Source: Pecten maximus (Eukaryota). From it: DNA of 64,000 bases. The stretch spans positions 42,222,001 to 42,286,000 of the forward strand of contig NC_047017.1 of assembly GCF_902652985.1 (NCBI RefSeq), written 5' to 3'. Below are positions 37,901-52,900 of this stretch, piece by piece. Below the pieces are notes generated by a model that saw only the letters and a program-made list of their open reading frames with translations, searched no databases and was not told where the DNA came from. The stretch's first letter is position 1. Every line of letters starts with the position of its first letter. Both the position numbers and the translations under genes were made by a program.

Positions 37901-40900
37901 TGTAAGTCTACCTTCAAAATGAAAATGATAAAAGTTATTGTCCATATTGTAGATGCGAGCGGCACTTTAGTTACAAAAAACATTTTCATAGATTTCAATT
38001 CAGAATTTTTGTGTGAAATAGTTACCACAGTTCACTACATATTAAACTGTATGCACCTGACGACGTTGTCTCTCTAACACACGTTTAATACAATGTGGTA
38101 TACCTGTATATACTTGTTATTGTCATCATTCCGAGCACACCAGCCGTGTGTTGAATTGTATCGAGAGTTCCACGGCTCAAGGAAAGTTCCTCTTGTTGAG
38201 CTGGCGGAGAAACTTTCGTCCGATAGCGTAAGTTCAGTTATCAAATACGTATCGCATTGCGATCCAGCTGGAAACATCAAATATGGTAACTTGAATAAAA
38301 GTAATTTGTTTTTGAAAGCCTGATTTGTTCCGTTCTTTGGAATTGTAATTATATTATTTAAGCCGCAATTACAAAGCGAATTTGTTTATAGTATCATTTG
38401 AACCATTCAAGTTATTTATACACAAGTTCAATAACTTACATATCATGTATCAACGATAAACAATCTTACCGTAACTACATGTGACGTTTTCTATGTACGC
38501 TGTATAAAAGAAGTAATAAATGTAAAAAATTAACATGTCAATAAACATACCATAATAAACATTTATAATTGCGTAAAATGTTAAATATAGGACCATTTTT
38601 CCTCGTGTCTGTGTACACTTTTATCTGGTGCAACTATTCATGAGAATGAAAGCTATGATATAGGGTATCGAAGCCCGAATCATACATAAGAAAGTCAGCG
38701 TCGTACATAACAAAGTCAGAGTTGTACATAACAAAGTCAGCGTCGTACATAACAAAGTCAGCGTCGTACATAGCAAAGTCAGAGTCGTACATAACAAAGT
38801 CAGAGTCGTACATAACAAAGTCAGAGTTGTACATAACAAAGTCAGAGTGGTACATAACAAAGTCAGCGTCGTACATAGCAAAGTCAGCGTCGTACATAAC
38901 AAAGTCAGCGTCGTACATAACAAAGTCAGCGTCGTACATAGCAAAGTCAGAGTCGTACATAACAAAGTCAGAGTCGTACATAACAAAGTCAGAGTTGTAC
39001 ATAACAAAGTCAGAGTTGTACATAACAAAGTCAGAGTTGTACATAACAAAGTCAGCGTCGTACATAACAAAGTCAGAGGTGTACATAACAAAGTCAGAGT
39101 CGTACATAACAAAGTCAGAGTTGTACATAACAAAGTCAGCGTCGTACATAACAAAGTCAGAGTTGTACATAACAAAGTCAGAGTGGTACATAACAAAGTC
39201 AGCGTCGTACATAACAAAGTCAGAGTTGTACATAACAAAGTCAGAGTTGTACATAGCAAAGTCAGAGTTGTACATAACAAAGTCAGAGTCGTACATAACA
39301 AAATCAGAGTTGTACATCACAAAGTCAGAGTCGTACATAACAAAGTCAGAGTCGTACATAACTAAGTCAGAGTCGTACATAACAAAGTCAGAGTTGTACA
39401 TAACAAAGTCAGCGTCGTACATAACAAAGTCAGAGTTGTACATAACAAAGTCAGAGTCGTACATAACAAAGTCAGAGTTGTACATAACAAAGTCAGAGTC
39501 GTACATAACAAAGTCAGAGTCGTACATAACAAAGTCAGAGTGGTACATAAAGTCAGAGTTGTACATAACAAAGTCAGAGTTGTACATAACAAAGTCAGAG
39601 TTGTACATAACAAAGTCAGAGTTGTACATTGTAGTGTATTCATTCCGGAACTATATAAGTGTCCGGATCCCATTTAGTCTCGCCTGGCGTAGTGATATGT
39701 TTTATGGAAATAAATAGTTCTAATTTGCCGCCATTGAATATACAGTTGTGTTATTCTGTTCCTCCGGTGAAGACACCACATATTGGCGACGAGGATGTCT
39801 GAATCCATCCAGGAAACGTAAGATGGGACAAGAGACTTGTTTATAAGATAATCAAGTAATCTAGACATCGCAATTTTGCAGGAGACCCCTGGTAGAAGGT
39901 ATTTTTGTTCTGGGTCGATTTCGTTGTTCAAACCACGTGTATCGGTGCGGATAATTGTGAATTTCCCCAACATCAATATAAACCAGTATGACGGGTAAAG
40001 TTGGCAGAATTGACACTTTCGATGAGAGTATAGAACGATGGGAAGCCTATAAAGAACGGCTAGACCAATATTTTATTGCTAATACAATAAAAGAAGAAAA
40101 ACAAGTCCCCGCTCTCCTCAGTCTGATTGGCGGAAGGACATACGGACTTCTGCGTGATTTGACCGCGCCAGATTTACCGGCAACCAAAACATACCCAGTT
40201 TTGACGAAAATTTTGCAAGACCATTACTCGCCGAAACCGCTTGTAATAGCTGAACGTTACCGGTTTCACAAACGGGATCAACGTGAGGGAGAGTCAATTA
40301 GGGATTATAATGCAGCCCTTAGGAAACTGAGCGAGAATTGTACATTCGGAGACACACTCAATGATACATTGAGAGACAGATTAGTTTGTGGGTTGAAGGC
40401 AGAACATATACAGAAAAAGTTATTAACCGAATCTGATTTAACTTACCAGAAGGCACTAGAGGTCGCTATAGCCTTTGAAACAGCCACGAAGGATGCGGTA
40501 GAGCTACAGAGACAACACGTGAAGACTCCAGTACATAAGATACGGAAAGAGAAAGTACAACAGCAAACTACCAAGAAACCTTCATTTCCCAACAAGCATG
40601 ACAAGAATAAGGTTTGTTATCGTTGTAAAGGCACACACCACCCCAACGATTGCCATTTCAAAGACGCCATTTGTCATAAGTGCAATAAAAAGGGACATAT
40701 AAAGAAAGCGTGCTTGTCTGGTAAACCATGGAAGAAGGGTGCTCCAGTACACAGAGTTCAAGATGACAGTGGGTCTGAACCAGAGATGATCAGCTCACTA
40801 GAGATATTTGACATTTCGAGCCGTTCAGGAGAATCTGGCGGTTCTGATGCCATTTGGTTACACCCTATGGTTGATGATGTTGAATTGGCCATGGAGTTGG

Positions 40901-43900
40901 ACACTGGGTCAGCTGTGTCAATTATAAGTCAATCAACATTTGACCGGTACTTCTCTAAGAGAAAGAGTGATATTAGAGAAACAAAAGTGACACTTAAAAC
41001 ATATTCTGGAGAAAAACTGAGCCCACTTGGTGTTTTTGAAGTACAAGTTGGACTAAACAGTCAACATAAACGTCTGGAATTGTTCGTGGTGAAACATGGA
41101 GGACCTCCCTTGTTTGGGAGAGACTGGCTACGCAGTATAAAACTGAACTGGCATGAAATTAAGACAGTTACGGTTACAGGTGGTTCGAAACAAACACTTA
41201 GTGTAGCTCAACAGCTTGAGAAATATCCAGAAGTGTTCAAGGATGAGCTTGGTACCCTGAAGGACATTACTGCCAGAATAAAGGTAAAGGAAGGTGCTAA
41301 CCCAAAATTCTGTAAAGCGCGTACTGTTCCTTTCGCCTTGAAGGAAAAAGTTGACGCGGAGCTCAACCGACTGGTCGAAGCGGGCATTTTGACCAAAGTT
41401 GAACATTCAGAATGGGCCACACCCATAGTTCCTATTCCAAAGCGGGACGGCAGCGTACGCATATGCGGTGATTTCAAGGTCACGGTTAACCAAGTTCTTG
41501 ACGTCGACCAGTATCCCTTACCAAGGATCGATGACATCTTCGCCACACTTGCTGGAGGTCAACATTTCACGAAGATAGATCTAAAAAATGCCTATCTACA
41601 AATGGTTGTACGCGAAGAGGACCAACCTTACCTGACAATCAACACACACCGTGGCTTATTTCGGTATAACCGACTAGTATTCGGTATATCATCTGCTCCA
41701 GCAATATGGCAAAGGTCCATTGATCAAGTTTTACAAGGCGTGCCACGCGTACAATGCATTCTCGACGACATGATCGTTACAGGCACGACTGATGAGGAAC
41801 ATCTGGAAAATCTTGAAACTGTACTTCAGCGGTTGGACCGTTACGGGTTACGTGTAAATAAGGACAAATGCGAGTTCTTCAAAGACTCCATTGAATTTTG
41901 TGGACACACCATTGACAAAGATGGCCTGCACAAGACTCCTAGTAAGGTGGAAACTGTGGTAAAAGCACCCTGCCCAGAAAATGTAAGTCAACTCAAGTCT
42001 TTCCTTGGACTTGTGAACTATTATGCTAAGTTCATTCAGAACTTGTCATCGATTGTAAACCCTCTCAACCAGCTACTAGAGGCCGACCGGAAGTGGGTAT
42101 GGTCTAAGGAGTGTGACGCAGCATTCCGACGTGTGAAGGAAGTCGTGGCATCTGAGCAAGTACTGACTCATTTTGACCCTTCGAAAAAGGTACAGCTAGC
42201 GACAGACGCATCTCCCTATGGTTTGGGCGCTGTGCTATCGCACATGATGGAGGATGGATCTGAAAGGCCAATAGCCTTTGCGTCGCGTTCTCTCTCAAAA
42301 TCGGAACGCAATTATTCTCAAATAGACAAAGAGGCACTTGGGATAGTTTGGGGAGTAAAGAAATTCTACCAGTATCTGTATGGGCGTCTGTTCATTTTAC
42401 TGACGGATCATCAGCCGTTGACGTCTATATTTCACCCAGAGAAGGGGATCCCAATGACAACTGCAGCTAGACTTCAACGCTATGCCCTATTTTTGGCAGG
42501 ATTCCAATATGACATCAAGTACAAGAGTACAACAAGACATGCAAATGCAGATTGTTTGTCGCGATTACCCTTGGTCTCTAAGAAGGAGACAGAAGGAGAC
42601 ACTGTCGAGACGTTCATAGTGTCTCATATGGACACTCTCCCGGTAACTAGCAAGGAAATCTCACGAGAAACTTTAAAAGACCCAACCCTGTCAAAAGTGT
42701 ACACCACTGTACAGCGAGGGTGGATCGAGGGTGAAGATAAATGCTTAGGCATATTCTACAACAAGCGTCTGGAAATAAGCATTCATCAGAACTGTCTGTT
42801 TTGGGGTATACGTGTTATTGTCCCCAGTGCACTCAGGCAAAGAGTGCTAGACGAGTTACATGAAGGACATGTCGGCGTGGTAAAGATGAAAGGCTTAGCA
42901 AGAAGCTATGTCTGGTGGCCGGGCATTGACACAGACATTGAACACGTTTGTAAATCTTGTACAGGATGCCAGGAGGTCAAGCATGCGCCACCCGCCGCAC
43001 CTATTCACCCATGGGAATGGCCGTCCATTCCCTGGCAGCGTATTCATATAGATTTTGCAGGCCCATTCCTCGACATGATGTTTTTTGTGGCAGTCGATGC
43101 CCATTCAAAATGGCCTGAAGTGGTTCCGATGAAAACGACTACAGCAGAGAAAACTGTGGAGGTGATGCGAGAGATATTCAGCAGAAACGGAGTCCCAGCT
43201 CAGGTAGTGAGCGATAATGGCCCCCAGTTCGTATCGGAACATTTTTCCAATTTCATGAGGTGTAATGGAATTAAACACACAACATCAGCTCCATATCATC
43301 CAAGCACTAACGGTCTCGCGGAGCGTTTTGTCCAGTCTTTCAAAGGTGCAATGAAAGCAAGCAAGAAGGACTCTGGTTCAGTACAGAAAGGGCTGGCCAA
43401 CTTGCTATTGGCATATAGAAACAGTAAACATATGACCACGAATGAGACCCCAGCAAAGCTCTTCATTGGACGTAACTTACCGTCGCGGCTTGATTTGATC
43501 AAACCGGATATAAGACGACGCGTTGATGAACACCGCTGGAAACAAGAATCCAAGCGACAGGTTCCTTGTAGATCATTCTCTGTTGGAGAGCCGGTATCTA
43601 TACGTGACTATCGTGGTTCACAGAAATGGATTTATGGCAAAGTTGCAGAGAAGACGGGCCCGGTCTCGTACAAAGTTGAAATTGCACCAGGTGTATTTTG
43701 GCGTAGACATTTGGACCAGCTTCGTGCTACAGAGGTGGTCGAGAAACCATCAGAAGTCAACTTACCTGTTAAAGGAGATGTTACACCCAACTCTCCAACA
43801 GTCTTACTGGAAAATACAGTCAGTAACAAGTCAAGAGTCATCGACAACAGTGTGTCGTCAGTACCATCAACAATGTGTCAAGAGTCGTCAAGTGAAGTCA

Positions 43901-46900
43901 GTTCACCGTCTCCTGTCATTGAGCCTTGTCCGACGCCAGAGAATATGTTGACGCCGAAGCGGCGTTATCCACGTCGCAACATCGTTCCACCAAAGAAGCT
44001 TCAAGACTTTGTTACGACCTAGTTTTCTGTTTGAGTGTTCGCAGACATTTCTAGTAATTTTTATGAACACACTGTGTCAGGGGCACAATAATCCCTGTGT
44101 GTATCATAGGAACCATGTCGGTTCCAAAATTTTTGTTAAATAACAAGTTTGTATTGATAGAACATCAAGCAGATGTGTTATGTTGAGTTAGTTGTTACAG
44201 CTACAAGTTACAGTTCACAGTTATAAGTGTTTAAATGTGTATTCGCTGATTATATCTAAAACAGTCAAATACTACTATAGGTTTTTATAGAATTTTGCAA
44301 TGATTGGACAAAATGATGCTAGACTTGAAAGTGAAAACAAGTCTACAATAGGCTTGAGTGAATTTTATTGTGAAGGACAATTTAAACAGAGACATGGCTC
44401 TTGTATGTATCAACATTGATGCATTAGTTAAATGATGTCCAAGTGATCTTGTCAATATTAGTAATTGTTATTATAACTTCATAATTAGGAGGGAGGATAT
44501 GTAGTGTATTCATTCCGGAACTATATAAGTGTCCGGATCCCATTTAGTCTCGCCTGGCGTAGTGATATGTTTTATGGAAATAAATAGTTCTAAGTTGCCG
44601 CCATTGAATATACAGTTGTGTTATTCTGTTCCTCCGGTGAAGACACCACATACATAACAAAGTCAGAGTCGTACATAACAAAGTCAGAGTTGTACATAAC
44701 AAAGTCAGAGTCGTACATAACAAAGTCAGAGTTGTACATAACAAAGTCAGAGTTGTACATAACAAAGTCAGAGTCGTACATAACAAAGTCAGAGTTGTAC
44801 ATAACAAAGTCAGAGTCGTACATAACAAAGTCAGAGTCGTACATAACAAAGTCAGAGCCGTACATAACAAAGTCAGAGTTGTACATAACAAAGTCAGAGT
44901 CGTACATAACAAAGTCAGAGTTGTACATAACAAAGTCAGAGTCGTACATAACAAAGTCAGAGTCGTACATAACAAAGTCAGAGTTGTACATAACAAAGTC
45001 AGAGTCGTACATAACAAAGTCAGAGTTGTACATAACAAAGTCAGAGTTGTACATAACAAAGTCAGTGTCGTACATAACAAAGTCAGAGTTGTACATAACA
45101 AAGTCAGAGTCATACATAACAAAGTCAGAGTCGTACATAACAAAGTCAGAGTTGTACATCACAAAGTCAGAGTTGTATATAACAAAGTCAGAGTCGTACA
45201 TAACAAAGTCAGAGTCGTACATAACAAAGTCAGAGTTGTACATAACAAAGTCAGAGTCGTACATAACAAAGTCAGAGTCATACATAACAAAGTCAGAGTC
45301 GTACATAACAAAGTCAGAGTTGTACATAACAAAGTCAGAGTTGTACATAACAAAGTCAGAGTCGTACATAACAAAGTCAGAGTCGTACATAACAAAGTCA
45401 GAGTTGTACATAACAAAGTCAGAGTCGTACATAACAAAGTCAGAGTGGTACATAGCAAAGTCAGAGCCGTACATAACAAAGTCAGAGTTGTACATAACAA
45501 AGTCAGAGTTGTACATAACAAAGTCAGAGTCGTACATAACAAAGTCAGAGTTGTACATAACAAAGTCAGAGTCGTACATAACAAAGTCAGAGTTGTACAT
45601 AACAAAGTCAGAGTCGTACATAACAAAGTCAGAGTCGTACATAACAAAGTCAGAGTCGTACATAATGAAGTACGAGTTGTACATAATAGAGTGATGCATA
45701 TATAGCTGATTAATTGATGAAGGTACCACTAGAAGGATGAGATAGTATTCCATTTGAAAACATTATCGATCTAATCGGTCCTACAGTGAGTAGACTACCT
45801 CAGTGACTCTCGGATAACACAGTATGTGGTATTAATTTGGGATAGGTTGCGGTATATTGCTCCTTTTCAGATATTAGTAAGCATGATCATATATTTTCTG
45901 TTAAAGTTCAAATGGCTTGCTGTACCTTAAAAACTATATAAACGGCGGTTGTATTTCCCATCTATAATATATATTACGATATAATAGGCGTATGACGTAA
46001 TTTCGTACAATAAAGTGCCGTTAGTAGGCACCTCTAATATATGCATTTATCGGCAAGCCCTCGGGAAATATGATACCTTCTGGTAAATAAACCTTCATAT
46101 TACCCTGCATTCAGGGCCATAAATTGTTTATTTTACCGAAAAATAATCAATTATGATGATACTCAAAAATTAACTGAAGATATTAAATATCATTTTTATA
46201 ACAAATCCCTGTGGTCCCGGTCGCTCAATTGATACGATTCCAAGTCAAGGTGTTATTGACAGTTTCTTTTAGAAACTCTTGGAAACTTACACATTTGTTG
46301 ATATTTCCGTGTTTTACACAATCTTGTTTTGCAAAATTTTATCTATTTCGTTTGCGTTTCTGTTCGTCTGCCATTTGTAAATAACTGGAAGGGAGACAAC
46401 TCCTCGCAACAGAATGTGGGGGTCGCCATAGGGGCACGCGGTTCAGAGAGATATGGTATTTTTCTCCTTGGCTCACGCGCCTCAGGGAGATATGATGTTT
46501 TATCCCCATTTCACGTGAAACGTTTCGGCTAATCACAGGCACTGTTATAAACATGGGGTATAATGAGAGATAACCTATCCTTGGGTTGAATTTACCCATG
46601 GTTAGGTTATCTCTGTGGCGTTTTGCATATCCCCATCTTAGACTTGATGTAACAATGTATATAAAATGTATATATACATTATTGATATCCTTACGTCGTT
46701 AATAAAACGGCCATATTTCAATTCAATTTGGTGTTTGTTAATTTATTATGTGTTACAAGTCTAACAAGCTTGCCATGGGAATAGAGGAATCATCTATAAT
46801 AATATTTAATTGATCGTTGTGTCTGTCAGCTGAAACACAAGGATTGTAGGATCTTACCAGTGGTGTCGTTGGAACAACCAAGAACATCAAAACGCATGCA

Positions 46901-49900
46901 TTTATGTCTGCAAAATGTATATGGATATACACGTATATATCGTGTAAAGATAGCCTCTGGGAACATCACATAATCGTCTGCATAGTCGTCGCCGTCGTTG
47001 CCGGGGAAAAGCTTCAATGTAAAAAGTAGTTCAGCAATGTCGATCCCTTTTTAACAGGCTTTATGTAAGATCAAGTACAAGGTACTGGATGTGAACAAAC
47101 AGACGGTCGCTGGATGCGTTTTACTATACAAAGATAATTGGTCATGTATTAAAGTAATATCGACAGTACAGACAAGTAAATTCTAGAATTGTCTAGGCAT
47201 TCCGACAATTTATGAAGATACAAATAAATTACAACCGATCACATACATACTGTATATTGAACATAAAACAGTTACATATTAAAATTAAGTAGATAAACAA
47301 TGTCGTTATATTTGTGTTTATGTTTGTGTTCTGCGCAGTTGGTTCATTTCGTTCCACAACTGGCGGCAGCGGAAGCATCCATGGGCATTTCAAATTAATT
47401 AAGTGGGTTGTCAAAAAGTGTTATTTATGGGTCAGGATGTTCCGGACGACTCGTCCAAAAATTACGTCAAACACATATGTATATCCGTGTGTCTATTTAA
47501 ATCCAGTACATGTGTACAATTGCATAGATAAATTCCTGTCCTAGGTTCCATCCATCAAGTATGTGTATACACTGTTATAAGTAACGTTATGCAATAGGTT
47601 CCGCCAATCAAGAATCTTTGTTCATTCGTGTGAAAAAAGAATGATGTATTACCTTCAGAGCTCCAGTATTCCTGATGAAATCAAAGTTGACGCCGTCATT
47701 ACTATAGCCGACATAGAATGTTCGCACGTGAAAATCTGGCGTACAACCATCGATAACAATTGCTCGGACAATGCGTCTGAAGCGAAGATCAACCTGTCCA
47801 TTGGGAAAAAACAAATATCTTTTTCCAAATAAAATTTAAACAAATGAAAATATACAGATATCACAATAACTTCATGACACATAATTATACAAACTCAAAC
47901 AGGGAAAAAAACAACATATTTACAAAAGTCTTTTCTAACAGAAATAAAATGACAGCAAGCTATGAGATCAGGTATTCCAGACGGATACGTGTCTGCTGCT
48001 CTTGTGACGACATCCACCATGAAAAACTATGGTGATGACAGCATACTTTACAACTACACACTAATCAGTCATCACACCATTACAACTACACACCAATTAG
48101 TCATCACACCATTACAACTACACACCAATAAGTCATCACACCATTACATCTACACACCAATTAGTCATCACACCATTACATCTACACACTAATCAGTCAT
48201 CACACCATTACTACTACACACCAATTAGTCATCACACCATTACATCTACACACTAATCAGTCATCACACCATCACAGCTACACACTAATCAGTCATCACA
48301 CCATTACATCTACACACCAATCAGTCATCACACCATTACAACTACACACTAATTAGTCATCACACCATTACAACTACACACCAATAAGTCATCACACCAT
48401 TACATCTACACACCAATCAGTCATCACACCATTACATCTACACACTAATCAGTCATCACACCATTACAACTACACACCAATTAGTCATCACACCATTACA
48501 TCTACACACTTATCAGTCATCACACCATTACATCTACACACTAATGAGTCATCACATCATTACAACTACACACTAATCAGTCATCACACCATTACATCTA
48601 CACACCAATTAGTCATCACACCATTACATCTACACACTAATCAGTCATCACACCATTACAACTACACACTAATCAGTCATCACAACATTACAACTACACA
48701 CCAATTAGTCATCACACCATTACAACTACACACTAACTAGTCATCACACCATTACAACTACACACCAATTAGTCATCATACCATTACAACTACACACTAA
48801 TTAGTCATCTTACCATTACAACTACACACTAATCAGTCATCACACCATTACAACTACACACTAACCAGTCATCACACCATTACAACTACACACTAATTAG
48901 TCATCACATCATTACATCTACACACCAATCAGTCATCACACCATTACAACTACACACCAATTAGTCATCACACCATTACAACTTCACACCAAGTAGTCAT
49001 CACACCATTACAACTTCACACCAATTAGTCATCACACCATTACAACTACACACTAACCAGTCATCACACCATTACATCTACACACCAATTAGTCATCACA
49101 CCATTACAACTACACACTAACCAGTCATCACACCATTACATCTACACACTAATCAGTCATCACACCATTACAACTACACACCAATTAGTCATCACACCAT
49201 TACAACTACACACTAATCAGTCATCACACCATTACAACTACACACAAGTTAGTCATCACACCATCACTACTACACACCAATTAGTCATCAACCATTACAT
49301 CTACACACTTATCAGTCATCACACCATTACATCTACACACTAATCAGTCATCACACCATTACAACTACACACTAACCAGTCATCACACCATTACAACTAC
49401 ACACCAATTAGTCATCACACCATTACAACTACACACCAATCAGTCTTCACACCATTACATCTACACACTAACCTGTCATCACACCATTCCATCTACACAC
49501 TAACCAGTCATCACACCATTACAGCTACACACAAATCAGTCATCACACCATTACATCTACACACCAATTAGTCATCACACCATTACATCTACACACCAAT
49601 TAGTCATCTCACCATTACAACAACACAATAATCAGTCATCACACCATTACATCTACACACCAATTAGTCATAACACCATTACATCTACACACTAATCAGT
49701 CATCATACCATTACAACTACACACCAATAAGTCATCATACCATTACAACTACACACCAATAAGTCATCACACCATTACATGTACACACCAATTAGTCATC
49801 ACACCATTACAACTACCCACTAATCAGTCATCACACCATTACAACTACACACCAATTAGTCATCACACCATTACATCTACACACTTATCAGTCATCACAC

Positions 49901-52900
49901 CATTACATCTACACACCAATTAGTCATCACACCATTACAACTACACACTAATTAGTCATCACACCATTACAACTACACACTTATTAGTCATCACACCATT
50001 ACAACTACACACTAATTAGTCATCACACCATTACAACTACACACTAATTAATCATCACACCATTACATCTACACACTAATCAGTCATCACACCATTACAA
50101 CTACACACCAATTAGTCATCACACCATTACAACTACACACTAATCAGTCATCACACCATTACAACTACACACTAATCAGTCATCACACCATTACATCTAC
50201 ACACCAATCAGTCATCACACCATTACAACTACACACTAATCAGTCATCACACCATTACAACTACACACTAATCAGTCATCACACTATTACATCTACACAC
50301 TTATCAGTCATCACACCATTACATCTACACACTAATCAGTCATCACACATTTACAACTACACACTAATCAGTCATCATACCATTAAATCTACACACTAAT
50401 TAATCATCACACCATTACATCTACACACTAATTAGTCATCACACCATTACATCAACACACTAATCAGTCATCACACTATTACAACGACACACCAATTAGT
50501 CATCACACCATCACAACTACACACTAATTAGTCATCACACCATTACATCTACACACCAATAAGTCATCACACCATTACATCTACACACAAATTAGTCATC
50601 ACATCATTACATCTACACACAAATTAGTCATCACACCATTACATCTACACACAAATTAGTCATCACACCATTACATCTACACACTAATCAGTCATCACAC
50701 CATGACATCTACACACTAATTAGTCATCACACCATTACAACTACACACTAATCAGTCATCACACCATTACATCTACACACCAATTAGTCATCACACCATT
50801 ACATCTACACACCAATTAGTCATCACACCATTACATCTACACACCAATTAGTCATCACACCATTACATCTACACACCAATTAGTCATCACACCATTACAT
50901 CTACACACTAATCAGTCATCACACCATTACAACTACACACTAATCAGTCATCACATCATTACAACTACACACTAATCAGTCATCACACCATTACAACTAC
51001 ACACTAATCAGTCATCACACCTTTACAACAACACTAATTAGTCATCACATCATTACATCTACACACCAATCAGTCATCACACCATTACAACTACACACTA
51101 ATCAGTCATCACACCATTACAACTACACACTAATCAGTCATCACACCATTACATCTACACACTTATTAGTCATCACACCATTACAACTACACACTTATCA
51201 GTCATCACACCATTACAACTACACACTAATCAGTCATCACACCTTTACAACAACACTAATTAGTCATCACATCATTACATCTACACACCAATCAGTCATC
51301 ACACCATTACAACTACACACTAATCAGTCATCACACCATTACAACTACACACTAATCAGTCATCACACCATTACAACTACACACTAATCAGTCATCACAC
51401 CATTACATCTACACACCAATCAGTCATCACACCATTACAACTACACACTAACCCGTCATCACACCATTACATCTACACACCAATTAGTCATCACACCATT
51501 ACATCTACACACCAATTAGTCATCGCAACATTACAACTACACACTAATCATTCATCACACCATTACATCTACACACCAATTAGTCATCACACCATTACAT
51601 CTACACACCAATCTGTCATCACACCATTACAACTACACACCAATCAGTCATCACACCATTACAACTACACACTAACCCGTCATCACACCATTACATCTAC
51701 ACACTAACCAGTCATCACACCATTACATCTACACACTAATCAGTCATCACACCATTACATCTACACACTAACCAGTCATCACACCATTACATCTACACAC
51801 TAATCAGTCATCACACCATTACATCTACACACTAATCAGTCATCACATCATTACAACTACACACTAATCAGTCATCACACCATTACATCTACACACTAAT
51901 CAGTCATCACATCATTACAACTACACACCAATTAGTCATCACACCATTACAACTACACACAAATCAGTCATCACACCATTACATCTACACACTAATTAGT
52001 CATCACACCATTACAAATACACACCAATTAGTCATCACACCATTACAACTACACACTAATTAGTCATCACACCATTACAACTACACACTAATTAGTCATC
52101 GCACCATTACAACTACAGAAGGCAAACTTTAAATAGGCATGTCAAGGCACATCTATTAAGGACGGCACAGTTAATACAAAGAACATTTGAAAAGTTGATG
52201 TACGAAGATATGGAGTGGGAGTAACTTGCCATGTTGGAGTGAGATGATTGTATATATCGTTAATGGGAGTTTCTGGTCATCTTTTAACATTCTTTTAAGT
52301 CAGAGCAAACTTAGGCCGCAATGACCTAGTTTGTTTGGATTTATGACATTTTTAAAGATTTTAAGACCCATTATGTCTTATCAGTGACACAAAACAAACA
52401 TCACATTTTACTCAATTATTAAAGTGGTGACAAGTTTCGTTTTACCCACTCTCTCACAAAAAGTTGTTGTTTTGGATAATATACTAGATGCAAATAACAT
52501 TAAAACCTTTCGTTGCAACAAAGTATGCTGATCACTGAGTACTAGAGACAGAGTATTGGGGCTTCATGTGTGTGCAAAGGTGTTGAACTTATCAAGTGCA
52601 GTGATTCTCTGTTGCTCTCTATTTATTGCAAAACTTGAAAAGGACGTAATAATATGTACCTCCCGTGTTATATACATATATATGTATGTCATAGTACACG
52701 TATTGTCAAGATAATAATAATTACGTAGAGAACTATTCCATATAAAAAGTGAACATCACCTGAATGTATTCGCCGAATCCAAGACTCACTGGAGCCCAGC
52801 CAAATTTAGAAGTGAGGCGCGCCATCCATGGCTCGGTGTTAAATATCGTAAAGAACGAGGAAGCCGTGAAACTCTCGTCCCACACTGGATTGTTTCCACT

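Larger units (their letters stand above)
39630..44650 (+). mobile_element. Full-length Ty3/Gypsy LTR retrotransposon (Mag-like), recently inserted
   Basis: 151-bp TG...CA LTRs (39630-39780, 44500-44650) differ at one position. 5-bp TSD TACAT; PBS; PPT AGGAGGGAGGA at 44487-44497; single gag-pol ORF. Confidence 0.97.

Noticed and set aside
39630-44650. Identification as Steamer itself or as an env-bearing retrovirus
   Set aside because: The PBS appears Ser-type rather than Leu-type, and there is no env ORF between IN and the PPT. Only Mag-like affinity is supportable without a search.
38621-45753. Long repetitive ORFs (YITKSES, MYDSDFV, LCTTLTL, VVHNKVR) on both strands
   Set aside because: They result from a 21-bp (7-codon) satellite that lacks stops in several frames. 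It is intronic, split by an LTR element and has no splice context.
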